Shown here piece after piece: positions 8,295 to 17,441 of a DNA stretch of 64,000 nt. The translations under genes and the position numbers were made by a program. The notes under the pieces are model-generated. The model did not search any database. It saw only the letters and a program-made list of their open reading frames with translations, and had not been told where the DNA came from. Each line of letters starts with the position of its first letter. The first letter of the stretch is position 1. The stretch spans positions 2,496,001-2,560,000 of the forward strand of contig OY764216.1 of NCBI GenBank assembly GCA_963668315.1, read 5' to 3'. Source of the stretch: Spirochaetia bacterium (GTDB lineage: Bacteria > Spirochaetota > Spirochaetia > DSM-2461).

Positions 8295-9644
8295 TCAGCC
8301 ACCGAATTGATAGGCTGCTTCCAGGGCCTTGTAGCCTTCGCCTATGGCTTCTTTTGCCGTCTTGGTTCCGCCCCATACATCGCCCAGAAGTGAACCGAGC
8401 AGAGCGTTGAAGTCTACCGTATTATTCACGTAGTACCAGGAAGTGGAACGGGAATTATCCATGGCGTAGTCAACCACGGCCGATTTGTAATCGTCATAAT
8501 CGGGGAAGTTGGGATTTCCCGCCCATTTTTTCGTCAGCGATTCATCGGTATACCATTTCTCGAGAACGGGCATCCAGATACCCGACTCTATCAATCCCCA
8601 GCTGTTCTCTTCCTGGGCGTACCATTTGATCCATTCCATGGCTTCCTCGGGATGTTTGCTCTGGCTGAAGACAACGTTGGGACCGCCCGTACAGATGGTT
8701 ACTTTCTCCTTCATGTAGGGCAGAACGGCAACACCGTAGTTAAGTCCTTCGTCCCGGGCGGATGCCAGGCAGGTTCCCACGTTCCAGGCGCCGCCCGTGG
8801 CCATGGCGCAGGTCCCGGCAATCAGGGATCTCTGGAGTCCGTCATCGGTCATTCCCATGGAGAGGGGAGCGATTTTGTCGACCAGGTAGAGATCGGCGAC
8901 TTTCTGAATGGCTTCCACCGCGGCAGGATTGTTGATGGTTACAGCGCTTCCGTCGGCATTGTAGAATCCGCTGCCGTTACTCAGGCACCATACTTCCAGC
9001 TGCCAGGTCAGGTTCTCCACCATGGCGCCGTACTGGACGATGTTGTTCGAATCGAAAACGGGGGACGATGCGTTATTTCCGTTTACGTCCAGAGTCAGCT
9101 TTTTCCCCGCTTCCACAAATTCATCCCATGTCCAGGCATTGTCCGCATCGGCGGGAGGATAGGCGAGGCCGGCCGCATCAAACATATCTTTGTTGTAGTA
9201 AAGCAGAAGGATCTCATTGGCTGCCGAATAGGCAACGGGGGTCCCTTTGTATTTGAAGGTGACCGATTCGAGAGGTTTGGACTCGCCCGTGCCGTACATG
9301 GAGGAGACATCCTGAAGCAGGCCGTTTTCGGCGAACTGCAGAACTCCCGCTTCATTCATAATTCCGCAGTCGGGCAGACTTTTTGCCGTGGCCAGGGTAT
9401 TGAGCTTGGTGACGTAAGTTTCATGGGGTATGGCCATGACTTCCACCACGGAACGGTCCTGGCTGCTGTTGAAGGTGTCGGCCACGGCCTGGACGGCCTT
9501 TGCTTCATCCGGGGTTCCCCAGAAGGAGTAGGTGATTTTTACCGGACCCTGGTCCTTATCTCCCGACTCGGCGGAACCATTGGCGAAAAGACTCAATACC
9601 ATTGAAAGTGCGGCGACTAACATGAGCATTGCTTTTTTCTTCAT
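8295..9644 (-). CDS. Sugar ABC transporter substrate-binding protein
   Basis: Spirochaete-type signal (SLFANGSAE); LLYYNKDMFDAAG; WTWDEF; SKHPEEA. Confidence 0.93.
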   Translation of the reverse strand: MKKKAMLMLVAALSMVLSLFANGSAESGDKDQGPVKITYSFWGTPDEAKAVQAVADTFNSSQDRSVVEVMAIPHETYVTKLNTLATAKSLPDCGIMNEAGVLQFAENGLLQDVSSMYGTGESKPLESVTFKYKGTPVAYSAANEILLLYYNKDMFDAAGLAYPPADADNAWTWDEFVEAGKKLTLDVNGNNASSPVFDSNNIVQYGAMVENLTWQLEVWCLSNGSGFYNADGSAVTINNPAAVEAIQKVADLYLVDKIAPLSMGMTDDGLQRSLIAGTCAMATGGAWNVGTCLASARDEGLNYGVAVLPYMKEKVTICTGGPNVVFSQSKHPEEAMEWIKWYAQEENSWGLIESGIWMPVLEKWYTDESLTKKWAGNPNFPDYDDYKSAVVDYAMDNSRSTSWYYVNNTVDFNALLGSLLGDVWGGTKTAKEAIGEGYKALEAAYQFGG

Positions 9645-9712
9645 AACTAATATCTCCCTTTGCGATATATCGCAGACAAATCAACAAGCGAGTTGTTGGA
9701 TTTTCCTTATGG

Positions 9713-11632
9713 TTATAATTTGACCTTCTGCCAGACAATCATCTCTCCGGGCGTTCTGTTGCACCAGAGACAGTAGGGCAGGGCCTTCAGTTTAAGTGGC
9801 TCCCAGTGCCAGTCCGGTTTTCCGTAAAGGCTTTCCACGGAATTTTTCAGACGGTATCCTTCATAGCTGAGTCTGGGGATATCGCCGGGCAGGCTGTCGG
9901 AAGGTTCTTCCTGGGAAACGGGATTCCGGGGATCAATGAAGATCTCCGACAAAATCGCTCCGTTATCCATCTCTTCAAGGCAATAGATAAAGGGACCGTA
10001 TGCCAGGGCGGCCTTCCCCGAGTTTTCCCGGACTTCGCCGCGGGCGGCTATCCATTGAGGGGTAATGTTCAGACGGATTACCGCTTCTTCCCCGCTCTTC
10101 AGTTCCAGGCAGTAATAGTCCTTCTCTCCCGCAAAGGGCTTCTCTTCGTCCCCCCGTTCTATTGTCCCATCTTCTCCGTAGGAGGGGATACGGATTTTCA
10201 GTCTGGCCGGTCCGTCAGCCCTCAATCTGACGGTGCCTTTTCCCAGAAGGTCGGCATCCATTTTCAGGGAGAAACCCAGACTGTCCTTCAAGTCTATTTC
10301 GGAGGAAATGAAAAGGTGGATGCAGAGCGTGTCCTCCTCCAGGGCAAAGATGTATTGTCCCAGGGATGAGAGGGTCCGGGCTATGTTAGTGGGGCAGCAG
10401 GCTACATCAAACCACCTCTGCCTGACCGGTTTTACATGATCCAGCGACGTGGAGGGGAGGCAGTTCTCCGGCCAGACTTCCAGGGGATTCACATAGAAGT
10501 ATTTCTCTCCGTCCGCATTGATCCCGGCGAGAACCGTGTTGTAGAGGGCTCTTTCCACCCCTTCGTAATACCGGGCCTCCCCCGTGAGGGAAGCCATCCG
10601 CTGACCGAACATCATCAGTCCGACCGATGCACAGGTCTCGCTGTAGTTCCGATCGTTGGGCAGGTCATAATCTGCGGTAAACCGTTCGAGAAAACCGGAA
10701 GAACCCAGTCCGCCCGTTACATACATCCTTTTTTCCGTTACATTCCGCCAGAGGGTTTCCGTTGTCCGGCGAAAGGGCCCGTTTTTCTCCTCCAGGGCCA
10801 GATCGGCCATGGCGGCACTCATATACATGGCCCGGACGGCATGACCATCCATCGTCGTCTGTTCGGCCGGGGCCATATGGGCCTGTGAGTATTTAAGATC
10901 GTAATTTCTGAATTCCGGGAAGAGAAACTCCCCGCCGCGGTCTTCAATTTCTTTGAGAAGATAGCTGGGTTTTCTGCCCCGCTCCTCCAGAAAGTAGCGG
11001 GCCCTGTTCAGATAGTTCTCATCACCCGTAGTCCTGTACAGTTTCATCAGGGCCAGTTCTATTTCCTGGTGTCCCGGATATCCGGGAATCTGCCCCTCGC
11101 CCTTTCCGAATGTCCGGCAGATCAGATCGGCCATTCTGCAGGAGACATCAAGCAGTTTCTTCCTTCCCGTCGCCTGAAAGTAGGCCACGGCCGCTTCAAT
11201 CAGATGGCCGGCGCAGTATAATTCATGACCCTCCAGAAGGTTGGACCACCGTTTTTCCGGCTCTGCAATGGTGTAATATGTGTTGATATATCCGTCTTCC
11301 TGCTGGGCTCCGGCGATAAGCTCCACAACGCTCTCGGCATCCTCCAGGAAATGATCTCCCCTGCCGCCGGCGATGCAGTAGGAAACGGCTTCCAGCCATT
11401 TGTAGGCGTCGCTGTCCTGGAACACCACGCCGTAGTGTTTCCCCGTACTTCTCCCCGCGGCTATGCGGAAGTTTTCGAGGCAATGGGATTTCGCCGCATC
11501 CTCAATCCGGTCGTTCAGTACTTCCCACTGGTAAGGCAGAACGGCGGTGGAAATGAGATCGGCATAATGGGAGAAAAAAGAATCGGTGATTGATATTCGC
11601 CTATACTCTACGGTATCGTAACCCTTGTGCAT
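9713..11632 (-). CDS. GH127 beta-L-arabinofuranosidase family glycoside hydrolase
   Basis: FQDSDAYKWLE, HELYCAGH, GHQEIE, GHAVR, YSETCAS, ACCPTN (the Zn/Cys catalytic set of HypBA1-type enzymes). Confidence 0.93.
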   Translation of the reverse strand: MHKGYDTVEYRRISITDSFFSHYADLISTAVLPYQWEVLNDRIEDAAKSHCLENFRIAAGRSTGKHYGVVFQDSDAYKWLEAVSYCIAGGRGDHFLEDAESVVELIAGAQQEDGYINTYYTIAEPEKRWSNLLEGHELYCAGHLIEAAVAYFQATGRKKLLDVSCRMADLICRTFGKGEGQIPGYPGHQEIELALMKLYRTTGDENYLNRARYFLEERGRKPSYLLKEIEDRGGEFLFPEFRNYDLKYSQAHMAPAEQTTMDGHAVRAMYMSAAMADLALEEKNGPFRRTTETLWRNVTEKRMYVTGGLGSSGFLERFTADYDLPNDRNYSETCASVGLMMFGQRMASLTGEARYYEGVERALYNTVLAGINADGEKYFYVNPLEVWPENCLPSTSLDHVKPVRQRWFDVACCPTNIARTLSSLGQYIFALEEDTLCIHLFISSEIDLKDSLGFSLKMDADLLGKGTVRLRADGPARLKIRIPSYGEDGTIERGDEEKPFAGEKDYYCLELKSGEEAVIRLNITPQWIAARGEVRENSGKAALAYGPFIYCLEEMDNGAILSEIFIDPRNPVSQEEPSDSLPGDIPRLSYEGYRLKNSVESLYGKPDWHWEPLKLKALPYCLWCNRTPGEMIVWQKVKL

Positions 11633-11650
11633 ACTCTTCCTTTATTTGTA

Positions 11651-11662
11651 TTAAACGTTTAA
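11651..11662. promoter_or_regulatory. LacI-family operator O1
   Basis: Perfect palindrome TTAAACGTTTAA with central CG. Confidence 0.8.
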
Positions 11663-11710
11663 ATAAAATGTAAAAATATAAACTTAGAACTTGTTCTAAT
11701 CGGCAGAAAG

Positions 11711-11722
11711 TTAAACGTTTAA
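11711..11722. promoter_or_regulatory. LacI-family operator O2
   Basis: Identical TTAAACGTTTAA, 60 bp from O1. Confidence 0.8.
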
Positions 11723-11846
11723 ATATTTCGATTAGTAACATATACCCCTTTTCCTGATATGTAAAGAAAAATCGGGAAAATCCCTACAAATCCCCCTTCT
11801 CGCTGATCCTTTTTCAGATAAATTACAGGGGGCAGGACTAGGAAGT

Positions 11847-11878
11847 TAAACGTTTATCTGGTAATATCGTTCTATAAT
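11847..11878 (+). promoter_or_regulatory. LacI operator O3 overlapping the regulator's own promoter
   Basis: TAAACGTTTA (11847-11856) sits at the -35 position of TATAAT (11873-11878). Confidence 0.7.
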
Positions 11879-11897
11879 AGAATAGGTTAGGTTTCAG

Positions 11898-12935
11898 ATG
11901 GCAACAATAAGGGAAATAGCGGAAAAATCAGGCTTTTCCATTGCAACCGTTTCAAAGGTTCTTAATCATCAGGCCGGGGTGAGCCGGCAGACATGCGATG
12001 CTATCGAGAAAGTCGCCAAGAATCTTAATTACAGACCGAATCTCAGCGCCAGGAACTTAAAGACGGGAATGAGCCGTACCCTCGGAATTATCGCGGAGGA
12101 TCTGACCGTTTTCAATACGCCGGGGATCGTGGACGGGGTCGGGGTGTGCTGCGATGCCCATCGGTATCACTATATTCTGGGCAATCTTCGCTTTGATAAA
12201 AGATTCGGCCATCGGCCGGGTCTGCAAAAGGAGAAAACCGAGCTGGTCCGGGATATGCTTGATGAAATGCTCGCCAAGCAGGTCGATGGGATCCTCTACA
12301 TCGGCTGCCACAGCCATCAGGTCGCCAATCTCAAAAGGATGGGGAATCTACCCTTCGCCTGTTCCTATTCCTACAGTGAAAATCCCGAAATCCCCTCCGT
12401 TGTTTATGACGACAGATCCGCCGCCCGCTCGGTGGCCGAATTATTCCTGGCCAAAGGACATCACACGATCGGCATTATCGCGGGTGAGAAAGATTCCATC
12501 CATACGGAGAATCGTCTCCTCGGTTTTCAGGAAGCTCTCTTTGAAGGGGGGGTCCCCTATAATCCCAATCTGATAAGTTATGGGGAATGGAACCGGGACC
12601 ATGGATACCGCAGCATTGAGGCTCTTCTGGAGAAAGGGGTGACCGCCGTTTTCGCCCATAATGATCTTATCGCTCTGGGCATTATAGATTACTGCAATAA
12701 GAACAGCATCAGGATCGGACAGGATCTCGATCTTGTCGGTTTTGATGACAGGGAGATAGCCGAGGTCTGCCGTCCTTCCCTGACGACGGTTTCTCTTCCC
12801 CTGTTTGATATAGGCTATAAAGCAGCCGAAATCCTTCTGGAGGAAATTGAGGGGAAAACCCCGCCGGAGAGAAAAATCCTTCTGGAGTGCCGTATCGTGG
12901 AAAGGGATTCCACCGGTACGGCGGCGCGCTCCTGA
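11898..12935 (+). CDS. LacI-family transcriptional regulator
   Basis: HTH TIREIAEKSGFSIATVSKVLN; YRPNLSAR hinge; VGFDD, PSLTTV. Confidence 0.95.
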   Translation: MATIREIAEKSGFSIATVSKVLNHQAGVSRQTCDAIEKVAKNLNYRPNLSARNLKTGMSRTLGIIAEDLTVFNTPGIVDGVGVCCDAHRYHYILGNLRFDKRFGHRPGLQKEKTELVRDMLDEMLAKQVDGILYIGCHSHQVANLKRMGNLPFACSYSYSENPEIPSVVYDDRSAARSVAELFLAKGHHTIGIIAGEKDSIHTENRLLGFQEALFEGGVPYNPNLISYGEWNRDHGYRSIEALLEKGVTAVFAHNDLIALGIIDYCNKNSIRIGQDLDLVGFDDREIAEVCRPSLTTVSLPLFDIGYKAAEILLEEIEGKTPPERKILLECRIVERDSTGTAARS

Positions 12936-12944
12936 ATCAGCCGG

Positions 12945-13616
12945 TCAGCCGTCCAGGGTCCAGCCGTTCTTCTGCGCCAGAAGGGCTGCTTTCGTTCTGT
13001 CCCTGAGCCCCAGGGACGTCAGAATATTGGAGATATAGTTCTTCACCGTTCCTTCCGACAGATTGACTTCCCGGGATATTTCACGGTTCGTATCGCCCCG
13101 GGCCAGAAGCCTGAGTATCTCCTGCTCCTTTTCCGAGAGGCTCTGCCACAGAACCAGATGTTCTTCGCTGACCCGGGGAGCCGTTTCCCCCGCGTCTTCC
13201 AGATGGCCGATCAGATCGCCCATGATCTCCCTGTCCATCTGGTAGAGGCCCTTATGGGCCATCTGTATCGCCCGGGCCAGGTCTTCAATGGGAATGTCCT
13301 TCATGAGGTAGCCCTTGGCTCCCGCCTTGAGGGATTTGATGACGTACTCCTCATCGTCGAAGGTGGTCAGCATCAGTATGACCGCCTCGCTTCCCTTCTC
13401 CCGCAGCTGACGGGCCGCGGCGATCCCGTCCATTACGGGCATGCGGATATCCATGAGAATCACATCCGGTCTTGCTTCGTCGGCCAGGGCCAGGGCCTTC
13501 TGCCCGTTTTCCGCCGTTCCCGCGACTTCAATGCCCTCCTGCAGGGCCAGGAGGGAAGCGATGCCTTCCCTCACCAGATGCTGGTCATCCACGATAATTA
13601 CCCGAATGTCTTTCAT
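12945..13616 (-). CDS. NarL/LuxR-family response regulator
   Basis: IVDDQ, LMDIRMP, LTTFD, GYLMK; HTH NREIS..LSEGTVKNYISNI. Confidence 0.95.
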   Translation of the reverse strand: MKDIRVIIVDDQHLVREGIASLLALQEGIEVAGTAENGQKALALADEARPDVILMDIRMPVMDGIAAARQLREKGSEAVILMLTTFDDEEYVIKSLKAGAKGYLMKDIPIEDLARAIQMAHKGLYQMDREIMGDLIGHLEDAGETAPRVSEEHLVLWQSLSEKEQEILRLLARGDTNREISREVNLSEGTVKNYISNILTSLGLRDRTKAALLAQKNGWTLDG

Positions 13617-14908
13617 TTCTTCTCTCCCAGGAGGGACACCGGATCCCGGGGAACGGATGCCGAAAGGACGGTTCCCCCGCCCGGTGATGATTGCACGGTC
13701 ATACGGCCGCGGACCAGTTCAATGCGTCTTACCAGACCCATCAGGCCGTAATGGTCGGCCTCTTCGCTCCAGAGGTGTTTTTCATTCATGGTGAACCCCC
13801 GTCCGTCATCGGCCAGGGTGATCATTCCCTCTTCCTGTCCGAAAGTGACGGTTAGCTTAACTCTCCCGGGGGAGGCGTGTTTGAGAATGTTGGTCACCCC
13901 TTCCTGGACGAAGCGGTAAAGCCCCATGAGCACGGAGTAGTTGTAATCCCTCTCGCTCCCCTCAAAGGTGTAATCCACTTCTATGCCGTTCTCTTCCAGT
14001 CGCTGGACGAGAAGGGGCAGGGAATCTTTCAGGGATATGACCGCTTCCTTTCCGTTGAGTCCCTTCAGGGAGTCCCTGATGTCGCTCATGGCGTCGTCGG
14101 CCGTGGCCTTTGCCGCCTTTACGGCACGGTCCGCTTCCTCCCGGTCCACATCGGCATAGGCGATGGCCTTTGTCAGCTGGATTTTGATGGCCGTGAGCGA
14201 ATGGCCCAGGCTGTCATGGATATCCCGGGCGATGCGAGTCCGCTCTTCCAGGGCCACCGTATGGGCAATGCGTCCGGCGTACTCCCGGAGGCGGCTTTCC
14301 GATGCCCTCAGCTCTTCCATCAGCTGCCGGTTCTCTTCGGAATCTTTTTTCTGCCGGTCCAGGAGCCAGGCCAGGGCATAGAAAATGACGTAGGTGAGGG
14401 TGCGGTACATGAGAAAACCCAGCTTGACGACCTCCCAGTCTCCCGCCCCTTTGACAAGAAGTTCATAACTGAGGGAGAGAAGGACCGAGACGATCAGAAA
14501 GGCGAGGCTTACTTTCCGGGGAAAGGCGAAATAGGCGTAGAAAGGAAGAAGGCTCATCAGAATGAAGAGCTGGCTTGCATGTAAATGCCAGAAGAATTCG
14601 GGCGTGGTGATTTTCAGAAGGTAGAGAAGCACGGGCAGGAGAATAAGGCCCAGGCGGATGAAGAAGAAAATCCTCGGCTGGAGCGTTTTCTTGTAACGGT
14701 AGGACCAGCGGAGGTACTCGGTGAGTTCCATTCCGAGGAAAATCAGACAGATCAGGGCATAGGCGAGGTAATAGGCCCTGCTGTCCGGAAAACCCGGTCT
14801 TCGCGGGGGGAGCAGCAGCCCGGGGGTAAGAAAGAGGAAAAAAAGGAGGACCGTAATGAGCCTGATGCTCTCATGGAGTCCCGATTTTCTGGCGGTGGTA
14901 TCCTTCAT
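13613..14908 (-). CDS. Membrane sensor histidine kinase (HisKA_3, DesK/LiaS-like)
   Basis: About 6 TM; ERTRIARDIHDSLGH; QEGVTNILKHA; DDGRGF; 4-nt overlap with the regulator. Confidence 0.93.
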   Translation of the reverse strand: MKDTTARKSGLHESIRLITVLLFFLFLTPGLLLPPRRPGFPDSRAYYLAYALICLIFLGMELTEYLRWSYRYKKTLQPRIFFFIRLGLILLPVLLYLLKITTPEFFWHLHASQLFILMSLLPFYAYFAFPRKVSLAFLIVSVLLSLSYELLVKGAGDWEVVKLGFLMYRTLTYVIFYALAWLLDRQKKDSEENRQLMEELRASESRLREYAGRIAHTVALEERTRIARDIHDSLGHSLTAIKIQLTKAIAYADVDREEADRAVKAAKATADDAMSDIRDSLKGLNGKEAVISLKDSLPLLVQRLEENGIEVDYTFEGSERDYNYSVLMGLYRFVQEGVTNILKHASPGRVKLTVTFGQEEGMITLADDGRGFTMNEKHLWSEEADHYGLMGLVRRIELVRGRMTVQSSPGGGTVLSASVPRDPVSLLGEKK

Positions 14909-14966
14909 GATATTAAAGTATAGCAGGTCTTATTCCGGTAGTACAGGAAGAGGCGCATTTTTCCAT

Positions 14967-15001
14967 ATGACCATAGTCATGAAAGAAATGAGAATTTTCA
15001 T
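14967..15001. promoter_or_regulatory. Paired inverted repeats, candidate response-regulator binding sites
   Basis: ATGACcataGTCAT (14967-14980) and ATGAGaattTTCAT (14988-15001), 21 bp apart. Confidence 0.6.
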
Positions 15002-15125
15002 ATCATCTTCTTTCCCGGGACACTTCTTATTTTTTCAGGAATATGGGAGATTGGAGGAGTAATGATGCCACGGCCGAAGGATGAGTCCCTTTTCCTGAGG
15101 GCTGGACAATTTTAAGGAGTTTTCC

Positions 15126-16439
15126 ATGAATCGAAGGGTTATTTTATTGTTTCTTGTTTTTCCCGTGACGGTGGGACTCTGGGCCGAACCCGAGGTCCTG
15201 ACCATCGATAGAAGTATCGCGTCGGCCCTGGAAAACAATCTGGATTTTCAGATATCCCGCATAGATCTGGATACGGCGAAGAGGGAAGCGGATAATTCCT
15301 GGAATGTCTTCCTCCCCTCCGTGACAGCAGGAGCCGATTTGAGCGGTTCCAACAGCATAACGGAACCGGAGAGCTCCCTGACATGGACTGCCACGGGGAG
15401 CATCGGACTGAGCCTTTCTTTGACATCGTCTCTTTCGAGCACTCTGAAAGGTCTGAAGCTGGCCTATGAGGGGGAAAGCATCAGCTATGAAACAGCCCGG
15501 CTGACCCTTATCAACTCGGTGGAGAAGGATTTCTACTCCCTTCTGGCGTCCCAGGCGGATATTGAGATAGAGAAAACCAATCTGGAACTGGCTGAGAAGC
15601 GGTATGCCCAGGCCGAACGGAACTTCAGCAACGGCCTTGTCACGGAGCTCTCTGTCCTCCAGGCGAAGGTTTCCGCCGCCAATTTGAAGCCGACCTATCT
15701 CAAAGCCGTCTCCGATTATCAGATCGCCCTGCGCGAGTTCCTCTCGGCCATCGGCATGGAGCCGGAAATGGACGTTGTTCTTGACGGGTCCCTGGATGTG
15801 GAATCGGTTGCTTTTGACAGGGATAGCCTCATTGATTCTTATATCATGAACCGACGGGATATTCAGGCCCAGCAAAACCAGATAGAGGTCCTCGTTAACC
15901 AGAAGAACAAAGCCGTGGCCGGCGGGTATGTGGTTCCCTCCTTTGAGCTCTCCTCCAATCTGGCGGTACCGGTCAGCGATGCCTTAGAGAGCAGCTCATG
16001 GTCTGACCTCACCCCGTCGAAGGACTCTTTCAGCGTAGGAATCGCCCTGGAAATCCCCCTGGATAATTTCGTCCCCGGATCGTCTAAAGACGTTGAGATC
16101 AAAGGACTTGAGGACTCCGTCAAGTCCGCCCGGCTGACCCTGCAGGGAATGATCGACGATGCCCGGACGGAGATTATCAACCTGGTGGCCCAGCTGGAAA
16201 CGGCGGCGGCCCAGGTGGAGCTGGCCGAACTGAATGTGGAGCTGACCGAATCGACCTATGAGAAAAGCGAGGAGAGCTTTCAGCAAGGCGGTATGGAGCA
16301 GCTCGATCTGGAAGATGCCAAGCAGGACTATTTTTCCGCCAAGCAGGACTATCTGGAAAGTCAGTACGACTATCTGACCGGACTGATAGACCTGCGCTAT
16401 GCACTGGGCCTTGAAAACCTTGATGAATTAACAAAATAG
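15126..16439 (+). CDS. TolC-family outer membrane efflux protein
   Basis: Signal peptide; ALENNLD; two OEP repeats; first gene of the efflux operon. Confidence 0.88.
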   Translation: MNRRVILLFLVFPVTVGLWAEPEVLTIDRSIASALENNLDFQISRIDLDTAKREADNSWNVFLPSVTAGADLSGSNSITEPESSLTWTATGSIGLSLSLTSSLSSTLKGLKLAYEGESISYETARLTLINSVEKDFYSLLASQADIEIEKTNLELAEKRYAQAERNFSNGLVTELSVLQAKVSAANLKPTYLKAVSDYQIALREFLSAIGMEPEMDVVLDGSLDVESVAFDRDSLIDSYIMNRRDIQAQQNQIEVLVNQKNKAVAGGYVVPSFELSSNLAVPVSDALESSSWSDLTPSKDSFSVGIALEIPLDNFVPGSSKDVEIKGLEDSVKSARLTLQGMIDDARTEIINLVAQLETAAAQVELAELNVELTESTYEKSEESFQQGGMEQLDLEDAKQDYFSAKQDYLESQYDYLTGLIDLRYALGLENLDELTK

Positions 16440-16458
16440 ATAAGGAGATTACCTTTCC

Positions 16459-17430
16459 ATGAATAATAACTCAAAAAACAGAGGCGATAGAATCGTACAG
16501 ATAATCCTGCTGGTCCTGATTGCGGCCGGTATTGCCACCTTTCCCCTTATGATGGGTAACAGTTCCGGCGGCAGCGCCGGCGGCCCTCCCGGCATGGGAG
16601 CACCAGGCGGCATGGCCGGAATGAATGCCTCCGGTGAGGGAGAAACCGAAGGAACGGCCGTTGAGGTCTCTCCCGTCGTCAAAGATACGGTCAGGGAATA
16701 CATTAAAGTGAACGGAGACGTGACGTCCGCTTCTTCCGTCAGCATTTACCCCGATATGGCCGGTAAGCTGGTATCTGTCAATGTTTCGCTGGGCGATGAA
16801 GTGAAGCGCGGGGAAACTGTGGCTATGGTTGACCCCTCCCAGCCCGGTCAGGTTTACAGTAATAGCGCAGTCAAAGCGACTATAGGCGGAACCATAACGG
16901 AAGTAAGCTACGACGAAGGTGAAACGGTAAGCACCGGTTCGGCGATCGTCACCATTGGCGATCTGGATGAGCTGGAAATCGTTACCTATATCCCTGAAAG
17001 ATATGTCAGTTCTGTCAGGAAAGGGCTGACCGCTGAGGTTTCCTTCGATTCCTATGAAGGGGAAGTATTTCAGGCCCGGGTCACAGAAATCAGCCCCGTT
17101 CTGGATACGGACTCCCGATCTCAGGAGATCTCTCTGGCTCTGATAGGAGCGGACAGCCGCGTTAAAGTGGGAATGTTTGCCTCGGTGAAGCTGGTGGTGA
17201 AAGAGGAAGCCGATGTTATCACCATACCCAAGCTGGCTCTCACCACTTATTATGATGAAGACGTTGTCTATGTGGTGGAAGACGGAAAAGCCGTCAGGCG
17301 GTCCGTTCAGATAGGCCTTAGTTCCTCCGAGACAGTTCAGATCACCGAAGGTCTTGAAGAGGGCGAGACCGTCGTCGTCAGGGGGATATCAAACCTTTCC
17401 GACGGTACTCTCGTTTCTGTGGTAGAATAA
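16459..17430 (+). CDS. RND efflux periplasmic adaptor (MFP)
   Basis: N-terminal TM; lipoyl-like GKLVSVNVSLGDEVKRG; KVGMFA; very short hairpin. Confidence 0.9.
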   Translation: MNNNSKNRGDRIVQIILLVLIAAGIATFPLMMGNSSGGSAGGPPGMGAPGGMAGMNASGEGETEGTAVEVSPVVKDTVREYIKVNGDVTSASSVSIYPDMAGKLVSVNVSLGDEVKRGETVAMVDPSQPGQVYSNSAVKATIGGTITEVSYDEGETVSTGSAIVTIGDLDELEIVTYIPERYVSSVRKGLTAEVSFDSYEGEVFQARVTEISPVLDTDSRSQEISLALIGADSRVKVGMFASVKLVVKEEADVITIPKLALTTYYDEDVVYVVEDGKAVRRSVQIGLSSSETVQITEGLEEGETVVVRGISNLSDGTLVSVVE

Positions 17431-17441
17431 GGGGAGGCAGG

